64,000 bases of DNA from an uncultured delta proteobacterium (GCA_963778655.1 CAVZVA010000010.1:1344001-1408000), one strand, 5' to 3'; shown: positions 1-10,171, counted from the first letter of the stretch. Numbers and translations: made by a program. Notes: generated by a model not told the origin, from the letters alone.

Positions 1-876
1 GGAGGGCAGGTCGGTCGGCCCGATCTCGGTCGAGAACGTGGTCAGCTGCCCGGCAAGCTGCGACAGCAGGATGTAGCAGGCGTGTGGCGAGACGTGCCCC
101 GAGTCGACCACGTGGGTCAGCACCGGGATGTACGCGTTGATCGTGCTCAGCAGCAGGAAGCGCGTGACATCCTTGGCGCCGAACTCGACGCTGGACTTGC
201 CCGCCTCGCTGCGCGCCGCCGAAAGCGCCGTGTGGCGCGTCACCATGGTGCCGAGCAGGCGCCGCAGGCCGGCCATCAGAAAGGCCGAGGCGCTGACGCG
301 CTGACACGGCGGGATGTAGGGCTCGGCCACCACCAGGCCGCCGGCGTCGTCGCGCACGATCTCAACGATCTTCATGCAGGTCAGCCCGTCGCGGGACTCG
401 TCGCCGAATAGCAACAAGGGCCTGCGACGGGCGAAGGTGACCTCGACGCTGGTGTTGGAGCCCGCCATGTCGAGCACCTCGCGCCGCTGCTGCGCGTAGC
501 GCACCGGCGCCGCGCTCTGCGGCGCGAAGTTGTCGATGCCTTCGCGCTCGGCGGGCAGCCCCAGGTAGACGTCGAGGCTGAGCTGGGTGTGGGGGAAGTG
601 CTCGGCGATCACCCGGCTCGCCGGTGCCTCGGCGTGGTTCTCGTCGAAGGCCAGCACCGTCCCGTCGGGCAGCACGCCGCGGAAGGCCGCCAGCTTGATC
701 TGATTGGCCGAAAGCGCCTTCTTGTCCAGCTCGACCCGCGTCACGCCCCAATTGAAGGGATCGATCGCGTCGAGCCGATCGGAGAGCAGCGACTCGTGGA
801 ACAGGTCTTGCTGCTGCAGATGCTGCGGCGACATCAGCAACCCCTCGCTCCACACCACCTTCTGCGCTGCCCTCAT
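1..876 (-). CDS. tssK: T6SS baseplate subunit TssK (3' end runs off the window)
   Basis: Not in the ORF track. Manual translation from ATG at 876 gives MRAAQKVVWSEGLLMSPQHLQQQDLFHE, the TssK N-terminal signature; AGGAG RBS upstream; follows tssJ. Confidence 0.92.
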   Translation of the reverse strand, partial: MRAAQKVVWSEGLLMSPQHLQQQDLFHESLLSDRLDAIDPFNWGVTRVELDKKALSANQIKLAAFRGVLPDGTVLAFDENHAEAPASRVIAEHFPHTQLSLDVYLGLPAEREGIDNFAPQSAAPVRYAQQRREVLDMAGSNTSVEVTFARRRPLLLFGDESRDGLTCMKIVEIVRDDAGGLVVAEPYIPPCQRVSASAFLMAGLRRLLGTMVTRHTALSAARSEAGKSSVEFGAKDVTRFLLLSTINAYIPVLTHVVDSGHVSPHACYILLSQLAGQLTTFSTEIGPTDLPS

Positions 877-915
877 GCTCGTTCTCCTGGGCTCGAATGC
901 GGCCCGCGCCCGACG

Positions 916-1782
916 CTATTTGTCGTCGTCTTCTCCGCCCACCGTGGGCCGGGGCCGGCTCGGGTCCTCCTCGAAGGTGCGCAGCCGGCGGTGGCGCAGC
1001 TCCTCGGGGAGCTCGTTGGGGGCGCCGGTCGTCTCCGACGAGGCGCAGCGGCTGTCCCCGGCCATGCAGCTGCGTTTGGGCAGCGCCGCGTAGTTGTTGA
1101 CCGATTCGATCCGGTAGCTCTCCAGAAACATGCGGATGCGCAGATCGACGAGGCGCGGGGCCGCCTTGGCGTCGTTGTGTTCGGCGCACGGATCGCCCGG
1201 CAGTGGGAGCTCCTGCACCGTGCGCCAGGCCGAGCCCACGGGGCTGCGGAAGATGGCGACCCCGACGATGTAGTCGGCCTGCGGGTTGCGCTGGAAGCGG
1301 CGTACCACCACCTGGCCGGGGTAGAGCGTCATCTCGTCGGCGCCGAGCAGGGTGTCCCCGAGGGTGTCCTTGGCGTTTTCGAACATGTCGTCGGAGGACG
1401 CCTGCTGCAGGCGGCTCAGGTCGCGCACCTGGTACAGGCGCAGCTGCGTCGGCAGCGACTGGCCCTCGGCGTCGCGGTTGAGACGGTCAGAGGTCTCGAC
1501 CTCGAGCTCCACCGCGGTGGGGACCTTGCAAGTCGGCTTGGCGCCGGCGCAGCCCAGCAGCAGCACGCAGCTCCACACCGCCGCAGCGACACGGCCAAAG
1601 TCGCGCGAGACCGCCGGAGCCGAGCGACGGCTCGCGCGCTCGGCGGCCTCGCGACCGCCCGGGGCGCGGGTCCCGCGCCGCAGGCAGGCTGCGCGCCCGC
1701 GGCGCGCGGGTAGCTGGGGTCCCGCGAGCGCGGTGCGGCGGGGCCCGTTCGGGCTCCGGCAGGTGTGGTCCGTGTTGGCCAT
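916..1782 (-). CDS. tssJ: T6SS outer-membrane lipoprotein TssJ (start uncertain: 1782 or GTG 1578)
   Basis: Lipobox VLLLGC, then LNRDAEGQSLPTQLRLYQ...LYPGQ...YIVGVAIFR, typical of TssJ/SciN; upstream of tssK. Confidence 0.82.
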   Translation of the reverse strand: MANTDHTCRSPNGPRRTALAGPQLPARRGRAACLRRGTRAPGGREAAERASRRSAPAVSRDFGRVAAAVWSCVLLLGCAGAKPTCKVPTAVELEVETSDRLNRDAEGQSLPTQLRLYQVRDLSRLQQASSDDMFENAKDTLGDTLLGADEMTLYPGQVVVRRFQRNPQADYIVGVAIFRSPVGSAWRTVQELPLPGDPCAEHNDAKAAPRLVDLRIRMFLESYRIESVNNYAALPKRSCMAGDSRCASSETTGAPNELPEELRHRRLRTFEEDPSRPRPTVGGEDDDK

Positions 1783-1981
1783 CGGCTGGGGCGGCGGGCG
1801 AGGTGCCAAGCATGGCCAAAGCCCGGCCCGCCCACAAGTTGCTCGACCTGCGTCCGCGCGCGCGGCGCCGGCTGGCGCCGCACGGTGTAGACCGGCGTTA
1901 CCCCAAACGGGGTGGATGTTCAATCGTCGAAACCAAAGCTCGCGGCCCCGCGCCGCCTTTGGATCGTCACCACGGGCACCT

Positions 1982-2010
1982 TTGCTCTGGCGGGGTCGCG
2001 GCGTTATAGA
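1982..2010 (+). promoter_or_regulatory. Candidate sigma70-type promoter for the hcp operon
   Basis: TTGCTC-N17-TATAGA about 80 bp upstream of the hcp ATG. Confidence 0.3.
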
Positions 2011-2091
2011 TTACGCTGCACTCCCCGGGGGAGGGCTGACCGTGCTCGTGGTCCGCCCGCTGCCACCGGGCCGAACCGGAAGGGACCGACC

Positions 2092-2589
2092 ATGTCTGGA
2101 CGCGTATATCTTCGACTCAAGGCCAACGGACAGGACATCAAGGGCGAGAGCTCGGTCAGCAAGATCGGCGATGAGGACGTTTCCCAGCTCATCGAGTGCG
2201 ATCACTACAGCGAGGCCTGCAAGACCGCCCAGGAAGCCGGCTCGATGACGCCGACCGGCACCCGCCTGTACGAGCCCATCGTTATCCGCAAGAACGTGGA
2301 CGCGTCCTCGCCTCTGCTGATGCGCGCCCTGACCGACACCGAGCCGTGCGAGGGTGAGTTCCTGTTCTTCCGTCCCACCAAGAGCAGCGGCAAGCAGGAG
2401 AAGTTCTTCACCATCACCATCGGCGACGCGCGCATCTGCGCGGTCAAGCGCTACCTGATCGGCGACGACGTCGACGTCAGCGCCTCCGGCAAGCCGCCGC
2501 AGGAAGAGATTTCGTTCGTGTTCGGCAAGATCACGTGGAAGCACGAGACCGGCAACACCGAGCACGACGACATGTGGCAAGAGCAGTGA
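2092..2589 (+). CDS. hcp: T6SS tube protein Hcp/TssD
   Basis: YLRLKANGQDIKGESS...EPIVIRKNVDASSPLL...QEEISFVFGKITWKH; start reset to ATG 2092 behind GGAAGGGA. Confidence 0.93.
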   Translation: MSGRVYLRLKANGQDIKGESSVSKIGDEDVSQLIECDHYSEACKTAQEAGSMTPTGTRLYEPIVIRKNVDASSPLLMRALTDTEPCEGEFLFFRPTKSSGKQEKFFTITIGDARICAVKRYLIGDDVDVSASGKPPQEEISFVFGKITWKHETGNTEHDDMWQEQ

Positions 2590-2618
2590 GCGCGCGCGGG
2601 CCTGCGCGGCGCTGAGCC

Positions 2619-2996
2619 ATGGCGGTTCGTGGACTGCTGGGGCGACTTGCGACGGGGCAGCGGCGGGCGGAGCCGCTGCCCGCGATCGTGGCTCACCTCA
2701 GCGATCTGCTGAACTCGCACCAGGGCCATTCCTGCACGGTGCCGGCGTTCGGGGTGCTCGACTTCAACGATGTCGTGCACAACCTTCCCGACGCCGTGCG
2801 CCACCTGCAGCAGTCGATCCGCGCCACCATCATCGCCCACGAGCCGCGCCTGCAGAACGTCAACGTGCGCTTCGTGCCGGGCGCCGATCCGCTGGTGTTG
2901 CAGTTCGAGATCGTCGCGCGCTTGGCCAGCGACCGACACAGCCTGGTGCGGATGAAGACCCGGGTTAGGCCGGGTGGGCAAATCGTCGTAGAGTAA
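2619..2996 (+). CDS. tssE: T6SS baseplate subunit TssE (gp25-like)
   Basis: HLSDLLNSHQG...FGVLDF...IIAHEPRL motifs; between hcp and tssF. Confidence 0.9.
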   Translation: MAVRGLLGRLATGQRRAEPLPAIVAHLSDLLNSHQGHSCTVPAFGVLDFNDVVHNLPDAVRHLQQSIRATIIAHEPRLQNVNVRFVPGADPLVLQFEIVARLASDRHSLVRMKTRVRPGGQIVVE

Positions 2997-3040
2997 CCGG
3001 CGCGCTTGGCCGTGAAGGCCGCGTCACGCGGAGCTTCGGG

Positions 3041-4783
3041 GTGTTCAACCTCTACTATCAAACCGAGCTCACGTATCTGCGCGAGCTCGGTCGCGAGTTT
3101 TCGGAGGCCAACCCCGAGCTCGCCGACCTGTTCGTCGAGCGCGGCGGCGATCCGGACGTCGAGCGCCTGCTCGAGGGCTTCGCCTTCCTGACCGCGCGTA
3201 TGCGCGAGCGCATCGACGACGCAGTGCCCGAGCTGATCGCCTCGCTGGCGCAGCTGCTGCTGCCGCACTACGTGCGCACGCTGCCGGCCACCTCGATCGT
3301 GCAGTTCACCCCCAACCCCAACGCGCTGCGTACGCGCCACCGCGTGCCGCGTGGCACCGAGCTCGGCGCGCGCCCGGTCGACGGTACTTCCTGCCGCTTT
3401 CGCACCACCTCGGACCTCGACCTCTTGCCGCTGGCGATCGAGCACGTCGCGCTGGACAAGAGCGCGCCGCAGTCACCCGAGCTGCGGATCGGCCTGCGCA
3501 GCCTGGTCGAGGGCCTGTCGCCGGCGTTCGACGAGCAGGGCCTGCGGCTCTACCTCAACGCGCCCTTGCCGCAGGCCTCGCTGCTGTTTCTGTGGCTGCT
3601 GCGGCACCTGCGGGGGGCCGCCTACCGCAGCAAGGACGGCCAAGAGCACACCCTGCAGACGCGCGTGGTGGCTTCGGGGCTTTCCCCCGATCACGCCATG
3701 CTGCCCTGGCCGCGCCTGGCCCCCGAGGGCCCGCGCTTGCTGCAGCAGTACTTCATCCTGCCGCAGTCGATGTTCTTCGTGGACCTGTTCGGTCTGGAGC
3801 AGGTACCGATCGACCTGCGCACCGAGCGTTTCGAGCTGCGGCTGGCCTTCGAGCGGCCGCCGCCGCTGCCCGAGCGCATCGAGACCGAGCAGCTCCAGCT
3901 GCACTGCACCCCGGTGGTCAATCTCTTCGACGCCAGCGCAGATCCGATCGCGCGCGACCCGCGCATGCGCGAGTACCTGTTGCGGGCGGCCAACGTCAAC
4001 CCGCGCCACATGGAGGTGTACGAGGTCAAGTCGGTGGTCGGCGTGCGGCCGGAGCGACGCGACCGTGTGCACTACCAGCCGTTCTTCGACTACGCGCACG
4101 CCGGGCTGCCCGGAGAGCAGCAGGTCTTCTTCAACTTGCGGCGGGCGCTGTCGCCGATCGACGGCGGGCTCGACTCGTATCTGGGCGTGCTCACGCCACG
4201 CGACACCGCGCCGGAGCTCGGCAACGAGACACTGTCGATCGACCTTGTGTGTACCAACCGCAATCTGCCGGCCGAGCTGCGCGTCGGCGACATCAGTGTG
4301 CCTACCCCCGGCTCGCCCACCATCGCGCGCTTCCGCAACTTGACCGGAGTCTCGACGCCGGTCCCGCCGCCGCTCGGCAGCGAGCTGCACTGGCGGCTGA
4401 TCGCGCACCTCGGCTGCAACCAGCGCTCGCTCGCTGACCCCGGCGTGCTGCGCAGCCTGCTCCAGCTCTACAACTTCCTGCCCGCCAAGAAGCAGCAGGG
4501 GCGCGCCAACGAGCTGCGCGCCACCTCGGTGCGGGAGGTCGAGATCAGCGCCACCTCGCGCATGCTCGAGGGGGCCGCGCTGCGTGGCCTGCGCACGCGC
4601 GTCGAGGTCGACGAGACCCAGTTCGCGGGGATCGGAGATGCCTTCGCCTTCGGCTGTGCGCTGGATAGCTTGCTGGCAGCGCAGGTGCCGATCAACTGTT
4701 TCAACCTGCTGGCGCTGGTGCTGCACCCGAGCGCCACGGAGCTCGCATGGCCGCCCCGGAACGGGAACCTGCCGATCCTGTGA
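3041..4783 (+). CDS. tssF: T6SS baseplate subunit TssF
   Basis: YYQTELTYLRELGREF...DPDVERLLEGFAFL...LHCTPVVNLF...CTNRNLP; 580 aa. Confidence 0.95.
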   Translation: MFNLYYQTELTYLRELGREFSEANPELADLFVERGGDPDVERLLEGFAFLTARMRERIDDAVPELIASLAQLLLPHYVRTLPATSIVQFTPNPNALRTRHRVPRGTELGARPVDGTSCRFRTTSDLDLLPLAIEHVALDKSAPQSPELRIGLRSLVEGLSPAFDEQGLRLYLNAPLPQASLLFLWLLRHLRGAAYRSKDGQEHTLQTRVVASGLSPDHAMLPWPRLAPEGPRLLQQYFILPQSMFFVDLFGLEQVPIDLRTERFELRLAFERPPPLPERIETEQLQLHCTPVVNLFDASADPIARDPRMREYLLRAANVNPRHMEVYEVKSVVGVRPERRDRVHYQPFFDYAHAGLPGEQQVFFNLRRALSPIDGGLDSYLGVLTPRDTAPELGNETLSIDLVCTNRNLPAELRVGDISVPTPGSPTIARFRNLTGVSTPVPPPLGSELHWRLIAHLGCNQRSLADPGVLRSLLQLYNFLPAKKQQGRANELRATSVREVEISATSRMLEGAALRGLRTRVEVDETQFAGIGDAFAFGCALDSLLAAQVPINCFNLLALVLHPSATELAWPPRNGNLPIL

Positions 4784-5829
4784 AGCTCGCGCAGCGCTTG
4801 CTCGCGCACGCTTCGCGTTCGGATTTCTTCACGCTCGTACCGCTGTTCGAGCGGCTGACGCCGTCGGCCGTGCGTGTCGGCGGCGACGGCCCGCCCCAGC
4901 GCGAGGCGCTGCGCTTTCGCCACGATCCGTCGATGGGCTTCGCCGCCTCGGACATCTCGGCCGTGACGCTCTCCACGCGCAAGGTGGCCGGTCCGGCGGG
5001 CGCGCCTGCAAACAAGCTCGCGCTCGATCTCACCACCACCTTCCTGGGGTTGACCGGTGCGGCCAGCCCGCTGCCGCTCTACATCCCCGCCGAGGTGGCG
5101 CAGGACAACGCCGGCGAGAACCTGCAGGCGCGCTTCCTCGACGTCTTCCACCACCGCCTGCTGTCGCTGTTCTACCGCCTGGTGATGCACTACGAGTGCG
5201 CGCGCGAGTTCACCTCCGACGCCGACGACCCCTGGTCGCGGCGCATGCTCACGCTCGCTTCGCCCGCGTACCTGGACCGCGCGCGTCCCTCACGCATCCC
5301 CCGGCACAAGCTGCTCAAGCTGGTGCCGCTGCTCACGCAGCGCGCGCGCACCGCACGCGGGCTCGAGCTTGCGCTCGAGGAGATCCTGGACCTGCCCGGC
5401 AGCCACGTGCACGTTCGGCACTTCGTCGGCGGGTTCGTGGCGCTCGACCCGGACGAGCGCATGCGCCTGGGGCGCGAGACCGCGGTGCTGGGGCGGCGGG
5501 CCGTGCTCGGGTCGCACCTCTACGCGCGCGCCTCGCGCTTCGCGATCGAAATCGGGCCGGTGTCCGGTAGCGAGTACCCGCGCTACGTCGATCGCGGTGA
5601 GCGCGCCGAGCTGGTACGCGAGGTGGTCGAGCTGCTACTGCGCGAGCCGTTCGACTACGACGTGGACTTGCTGCTCGGCGACGACGCCCTGGCCGGCTTT
5701 CCGCTTTCGGCCGTGCGGGGCGCGCGGCTGGGCGTGGCCACGCGCCTGCGCGCGAGCGGCAAGAAGCAGCGCATCGAGCTGCGCAATTTCGGCAGGCGTG
5801 TCTCGGCAGAGGCGCGGACGGCACCATGA
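4780..5829 (+). CDS. tssG: T6SS baseplate subunit TssG
   Basis: FLGLTGAASPLP...FLDVFHHRLLSLFYR; GTG start overlaps the tssF stop (GTGA). Confidence 0.92.
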   Translation: MKLAQRLLAHASRSDFFTLVPLFERLTPSAVRVGGDGPPQREALRFRHDPSMGFAASDISAVTLSTRKVAGPAGAPANKLALDLTTTFLGLTGAASPLPLYIPAEVAQDNAGENLQARFLDVFHHRLLSLFYRLVMHYECAREFTSDADDPWSRRMLTLASPAYLDRARPSRIPRHKLLKLVPLLTQRARTARGLELALEEILDLPGSHVHVRHFVGGFVALDPDERMRLGRETAVLGRRAVLGSHLYARASRFAIEIGPVSGSEYPRYVDRGERAELVREVVELLLREPFDYDVDLLLGDDALAGFPLSAVRGARLGVATRLRASGKKQRIELRNFGRRVSAEARTAP

Positions 5830-5862
5830 GCGAATCGTTTTCCCAACATCACGAGGCACGGC

Positions 5863-8508
5863 ATGCGCGTTGATCCTAAGGCTCTGGTCAAGAGGCTCAC
5901 CCCTACCGCTACCCGTCACCTGGAGCTGGCCGCCGGCAAGGCGGTGAGCGCCCAGCACTACGAAATCGACGTCGAGCACGTGTTGCTGTGCATGCTCTCG
6001 GACGCCGAGGGCGAGTGCGTGATGTGCTTCAAGGAGCTGCGTCAGGATCCCGACGCGCTGCGCTCCCAGCTCGAGCGCGCGCTCGGGCGCATGCGCGCCG
6101 GCAATCCCAAGCGGCCGGCGCTGGCCCAGAACCTGTTCTCGTGGCTGCAGGACACCTGGCTGACCGCATCGCTCGAGCTGGGCGAGATCCGGCTGCGCAG
6201 CGGGGTGCTGTTCTATCAGCTGCTGCTGCAGCCCTCGGGCTATCTCGACGATGCGCTGCAAGACCTGCTCGAGGTCGAGGCCGCCGCCTGGAAAGAGGCG
6301 CTGGCCGCGCTGGCCTCCCGCAGCGAGGAGAGCCTGCAGGCGCAGCCGAGCTGGGAGGGCGCGGGCGGTGCTGCGGCGGCCGCGGGCGCCGCGCCGCGCG
6401 GCGGACCCGACAGCGCGCTCGGCCGCTTCACCCAGGATTTCACCCAGAGCGCGCGCGAAGGCGCGATCGACCCGGTGTTCGGCCGCCACCGCGAGATCCG
6501 GCAGATGGTCGACATCCTGAGCCGCAGGCGCAAGAACAACCCGATCATCGTGGGCGAGCCGGGCGTGGGCAAGACCGCGCTGGTCGAGGGGCTGGCGCTG
6601 GCGATCGCCGAGGGCGACGTTCCCGAACACCTGCGCAATGTGCGCCTGCTGTCGCTCGACATGGGCGCGCTGTCCGCGGGCGCCAGCGTCAAGGGCGAGT
6701 TCGAGAATCGCCTCAAATCCGTGATCAACGAGGTCAAGTCCTCGCCCACGCCATGCATCGTGTTCATCGACGAGGCGCACACCCTGATCGGCGCCGGCGG
6801 CCCCCAGGGCGGCGGAGACGCCGCAAACCTGCTCAAGCCCGCGCTCGCGCGCGGCGAGCTTCGCACGGTCGCGGCCACCACCTGGGCCGAGTACAAGAAG
6901 TATTTCGAAAAGGACGCGGCGCTCGAGCGGCGCTTCCAGCTGGTCAAGGTCGACGAGCCCTCGGAGCAGGACGCGGTGGTGATGATGCGCGGCCTGCGCG
7001 CCGTCTACGAGAAGGCCCACTCGGTGCTGATCCGCGAGGACGCGATCGAGGCTGCGGTGGCGCTCTCGCACCGCTACATCTCGGGCAGGCAGCTGCCGGA
7101 CAAGGCTGTCGACCTGCTCGACACCGCAGCCGCGCGCGTGCGTGTCGAGCGCGCCGCCAAGCCGGAGGAGCTGGTCGGGCTCACGCTCGCGCTGCAGGCG
7201 CTCGAGCGCAAGCAGGCGGCGCAGCAGCGCGACGCTGCCGATGGTGACGAGGCCGCCCGCGAGGCGCTCGGCGAGACGGCGGCGGAGATCGAGGAAGTGC
7301 GCGGGCGGCAGGAGGCGCTGCAGGCGCAGTGGGACAAGGAGATGGCTGCGCTTGCGGTAGTGCTCGACGCGCGCCGCGCGGTCGACGAGGCGGCGGCGGC
7401 CGGGGCCGATGAAGCTGGGCTCGCCGACTTGCGCGCGCAGGCCAAGCAAGCGAACGACGCGCTGATCGAGGTCGGCGGCGAGGGCCGGCTGCTGCACGTC
7501 GACGTCGACGCCGACGCGGTGGGGCGCACGGTCTCGGCCTGGACCGGCATCCCGGTGGGACGCGTCAAGCGCGACGCGCAGAAGGCGGTGCTCGGCCTGG
7601 AGAGCGCGCTGCGCTCGCGCGTGATCGGGCAGGACCACGCGATGCAGACCCTGGCCGAGATCATCCGCATCTCGCACGCCGGCATCCGCGACCCCAATGC
7701 GCCGGTCGGCGTGCTGCTGTTCGTGGGCCCGAGCGGCGTGGGCAAGACCGAGACCGCGCTGGCGCTGGCCGACGAGCTTTACGGCGGCGAGCGCTTCATG
7801 ACCACCATCAACATGAGCGAGTTCCAGGAAAAGCACAGCGTCTCGCGCCTGATCGGCTCGCCGCCCGGCTACGTGGGCTACGGCGAGGGCGGCGTGCTCA
7901 CCGAGGCGGTGCGCCAGCGGCCGTATTCGGTGGTGCTGCTCGACGAGTGCGAGAAGGCCGACCTCGAGGTGATGAACCTGTTCTACCAGGTCTTCGACAA
8001 GGGCTCGCTCACCGACGGTGAGGGCCGCAGCATCGACTTCCGCAACACGCTGATCATCCTGACCTCGAACCTCGGCTCGGATCTGGTGATGCGCGCCTTC
8101 GCCGACGGCAAGCGCCCGAGCGCCGACGAGGTCACCCACGCGATCCGGCCCACCCTGAGCAAGCACTTCCAGCCGGCGCTGTTGGCGCGGATGTCGATCG
8201 TGCCCTACGGGCCGATCGGGGCCGAGGCGATGCAGAGCATCGCCGCGCTCAAGCTGGGCAAGATCGGGCGTCGCGTGGAGCACACTCACGGCCTGAGCGT
8301 GCGCTTCGGCGACGGCCTGGTCGCGATGGTGGCACAACGCTGCACCGAGGCCGAGACCGGCGCGCGCAACATCGACCACATCCTGCGCGGTTCGCTGATG
8401 CCGGCGCTGGCCTCGGCGCTGCTCGACCGCATGGACGAGCTCGACGGGCTGCGCGCGCTCGACATCGGTCTGGACGCCCAGGGGGCGTGGAGCTTCGCCT
8501 TCGCGTGA
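5863..8508 (+). CDS. clpV: T6SS AAA+ ATPase ClpV/TssH
   Basis: Two Walker A motifs (GEPGVGKT, GPSGVGKT), LSRRRKNNP, ETGARNID, ClpV-type N-domain; T6SS context. Confidence 0.95.
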   Translation: MRVDPKALVKRLTPTATRHLELAAGKAVSAQHYEIDVEHVLLCMLSDAEGECVMCFKELRQDPDALRSQLERALGRMRAGNPKRPALAQNLFSWLQDTWLTASLELGEIRLRSGVLFYQLLLQPSGYLDDALQDLLEVEAAAWKEALAALASRSEESLQAQPSWEGAGGAAAAAGAAPRGGPDSALGRFTQDFTQSAREGAIDPVFGRHREIRQMVDILSRRRKNNPIIVGEPGVGKTALVEGLALAIAEGDVPEHLRNVRLLSLDMGALSAGASVKGEFENRLKSVINEVKSSPTPCIVFIDEAHTLIGAGGPQGGGDAANLLKPALARGELRTVAATTWAEYKKYFEKDAALERRFQLVKVDEPSEQDAVVMMRGLRAVYEKAHSVLIREDAIEAAVALSHRYISGRQLPDKAVDLLDTAAARVRVERAAKPEELVGLTLALQALERKQAAQQRDAADGDEAAREALGETAAEIEEVRGRQEALQAQWDKEMAALAVVLDARRAVDEAAAAGADEAGLADLRAQAKQANDALIEVGGEGRLLHVDVDADAVGRTVSAWTGIPVGRVKRDAQKAVLGLESALRSRVIGQDHAMQTLAEIIRISHAGIRDPNAPVGVLLFVGPSGVGKTETALALADELYGGERFMTTINMSEFQEKHSVSRLIGSPPGYVGYGEGGVLTEAVRQRPYSVVLLDECEKADLEVMNLFYQVFDKGSLTDGEGRSIDFRNTLIILTSNLGSDLVMRAFADGKRPSADEVTHAIRPTLSKHFQPALLARMSIVPYGPIGAEAMQSIAALKLGKIGRRVEHTHGLSVRFGDGLVAMVAQRCTEAETGARNIDHILRGSLMPALASALLDRMDELDGLRALDIGLDAQGAWSFAFA

Positions 8509-8527
8509 GGCAGCGCTCGTCTTCGGG

Positions 8528-8599
8528 TTCAACAGCAAGACGGGAGCGGGAAGCTCAAGAGACATCGAGCTTCTTCCCGTCTTCCCGCCTTCCTGTGAA
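8528..8599. repeat. Dispersed palindromic repeat (family A), copy 1
   Basis: TTCAACAGCAAGACGGGAG...CTTCCCGTCTTCCCGCCTTCCTGTGAA, 20 bp after the clpV stop. Confidence 0.8.
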
Positions 8600-8737
8600 T
8601 GTCTCCTTCCGAACGCGCGTGCGCTTCCAGGGCGCCGGGCCAAGAAGGTGAAAGGGCGTTCAGCACGCAACGGGCCGGTCGCGTCCGAGGAAATCGCGGG
8701 CTGGAGCGGCCCGCGCTAAAGTGGTCGGCGCGAACCC

Positions 8738-10168
8738 ATGCAGCCTCTGGTGATACAGATCGAGCGCACCGACGAGCACCGGGCGGATACCTGTGCATTC
8801 GCGCAGTCGCCGGTGCGGGTGGGCCGCAACCCGCTCAACGACCTGCAGCTCGACGAGGGCTTCGTCTCGCAGTGGCACGGGGTGATCCGTTTCGACCAGG
8901 ACCAGACCACCTACGTCGATCTCGGCTCGACCAATCCCACGCTGGTCGACGGCAAGCCGGTGCCGCGCAACGTCGAGCTGGTCATCTCCGAGCAGACCGA
9001 TCTGCGTATCGGCTCGCTGCGCCTGCACCTGCTGCGCGTTCCGGCGGCGCCCGAGCTGTACGGCGCGCGTCGCCAGACGGCCTTCGCGCGCACCGGCAGC
9101 GACGCCGACGGCGCGGTCTCGAAGACCATGTTCTTCAACGACAGGACGCCGCCTGCCGGCGCGCCCGCGGTCCTGTCGGACCCGGCGCCGGGCCGCATGG
9201 ATTCGGTGCGGGCCGCGGCGCCGGTATCGGTGCGCGCGCCCGGCGCAGCGCCCGCCAGCGCCCGCCCGGTGCTCGCCGCCACGCCGATAGCGGGCGTTGC
9301 GTCCGAGGTCAGCTCGTCGGTGCGTCCGGTCTCGGCGCGCCCGCCGCGGGCCGCCTCGTTCGAGCCCGCGCTGGAGATAGCCTATCGCCAGTATCGCGAG
9401 AGCTGGCGCAGCCTGCTTTCGCGGGTCGGCGGCGAGCTCGAGAGCGCGCGCCCCGGCGAGCGTGAAGCGGTGCTGGATCGCTTGCTCGCGGCCTTCCCGG
9501 AGATCGGGCGCGAGGCCGAGCTGCGCGCGTTGCTCGGCCGGCTCGGCGTCAATCCGCTGCGCACCGGCGTGCCCGAGATGGAGGACTGGCTGCGGCGCCT
9601 GACCGACGGCCTGTTCCCGCCGACCGGCATGCAGATCAACGTGGCGCTGGCGATGGAGCGCATCGGGGAGATCCTCGAGGTTTTCGGCACCGCGTTCGTG
9701 GAGTTGCGCAAGGCACACAGCGACTTCTGCGCCGAGATGGCGCTCGAGTCGCCCTCCGACTCGACCGTGCTGCACACGACCGAGAGCCCTCGGGCGCTGC
9801 TCGCCTATCTGCTCAACCCGGGCAAGGAGGGCAGCGCCAAGGTCACGGAGCTGGCGCGCGCCATGGCGGAGTTCGCAGTGCACCAGGTCGCGCTGGTGAG
9901 CGCGGTGGTGCAGGGCGCGCGCGACGTGCTCGACGAGCTCTCGCCCGAGAGGCTGGCCGGCGCCAGCGACCGGGCCGACAAGACCAGCCTGTTCGGCAAG
10001 CTGTTCGGCGAAGACAAGGCCAGGCGCTGGCAGCGCTACGTGGAGGCCTTCGCCGAGGCGACCGACGAGGACCGCTTCACGCGCAAGCTTTTCGGCCGCG
10101 GCTTCGCGCGCAAGTATTATGCGATCACCGGCGGCCGCCGGTCGCTGGTCGTGCCCCCGCGCAGCTGA
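8738..10168 (+). CDS. T6SS-associated FHA domain protein (TagH/Fha-like)
   Basis: N-terminal FHA (VGRNPLNDL...VSQWH...DLGSTNPTLVDG), Pro/Ala linker, TagH-like C-terminus (HQVALVSAVVQGARDVLDELSP...LFGRGFARKY). Confidence 0.85.
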   Translation: MQPLVIQIERTDEHRADTCAFAQSPVRVGRNPLNDLQLDEGFVSQWHGVIRFDQDQTTYVDLGSTNPTLVDGKPVPRNVELVISEQTDLRIGSLRLHLLRVPAAPELYGARRQTAFARTGSDADGAVSKTMFFNDRTPPAGAPAVLSDPAPGRMDSVRAAAPVSVRAPGAAPASARPVLAATPIAGVASEVSSSVRPVSARPPRAASFEPALEIAYRQYRESWRSLLSRVGGELESARPGEREAVLDRLLAAFPEIGREAELRALLGRLGVNPLRTGVPEMEDWLRRLTDGLFPPTGMQINVALAMERIGEILEVFGTAFVELRKAHSDFCAEMALESPSDSTVLHTTESPRALLAYLLNPGKEGSAKVTELARAMAEFAVHQVALVSAVVQGARDVLDELSPERLAGASDRADKTSLFGKLFGEDKARRWQRYVEAFAEATDEDRFTRKLFGRGFARKYYAITGGRRSLVVPPRS

Positions 10169-10171
10169 GCC

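Noticed and set aside
1783..2091. sigma54 promoter for the T6SS operons
   Set aside because: TGGC...TTG-like matches lack the required GG-N10-GC spacing.
5863..8508. Housekeeping ClpB
   Set aside because: N-domain and position after tssG indicate ClpV.
5635..8670. Long antisense/alternative-frame ORFs (e.g. 5635-8670, 21971-25309, 44657-47233, 59155-61977)
   Set aside because: Shadows of real genes in stop-poor high-GC DNA; Arg/Ala/Pro-rich with no motifs.
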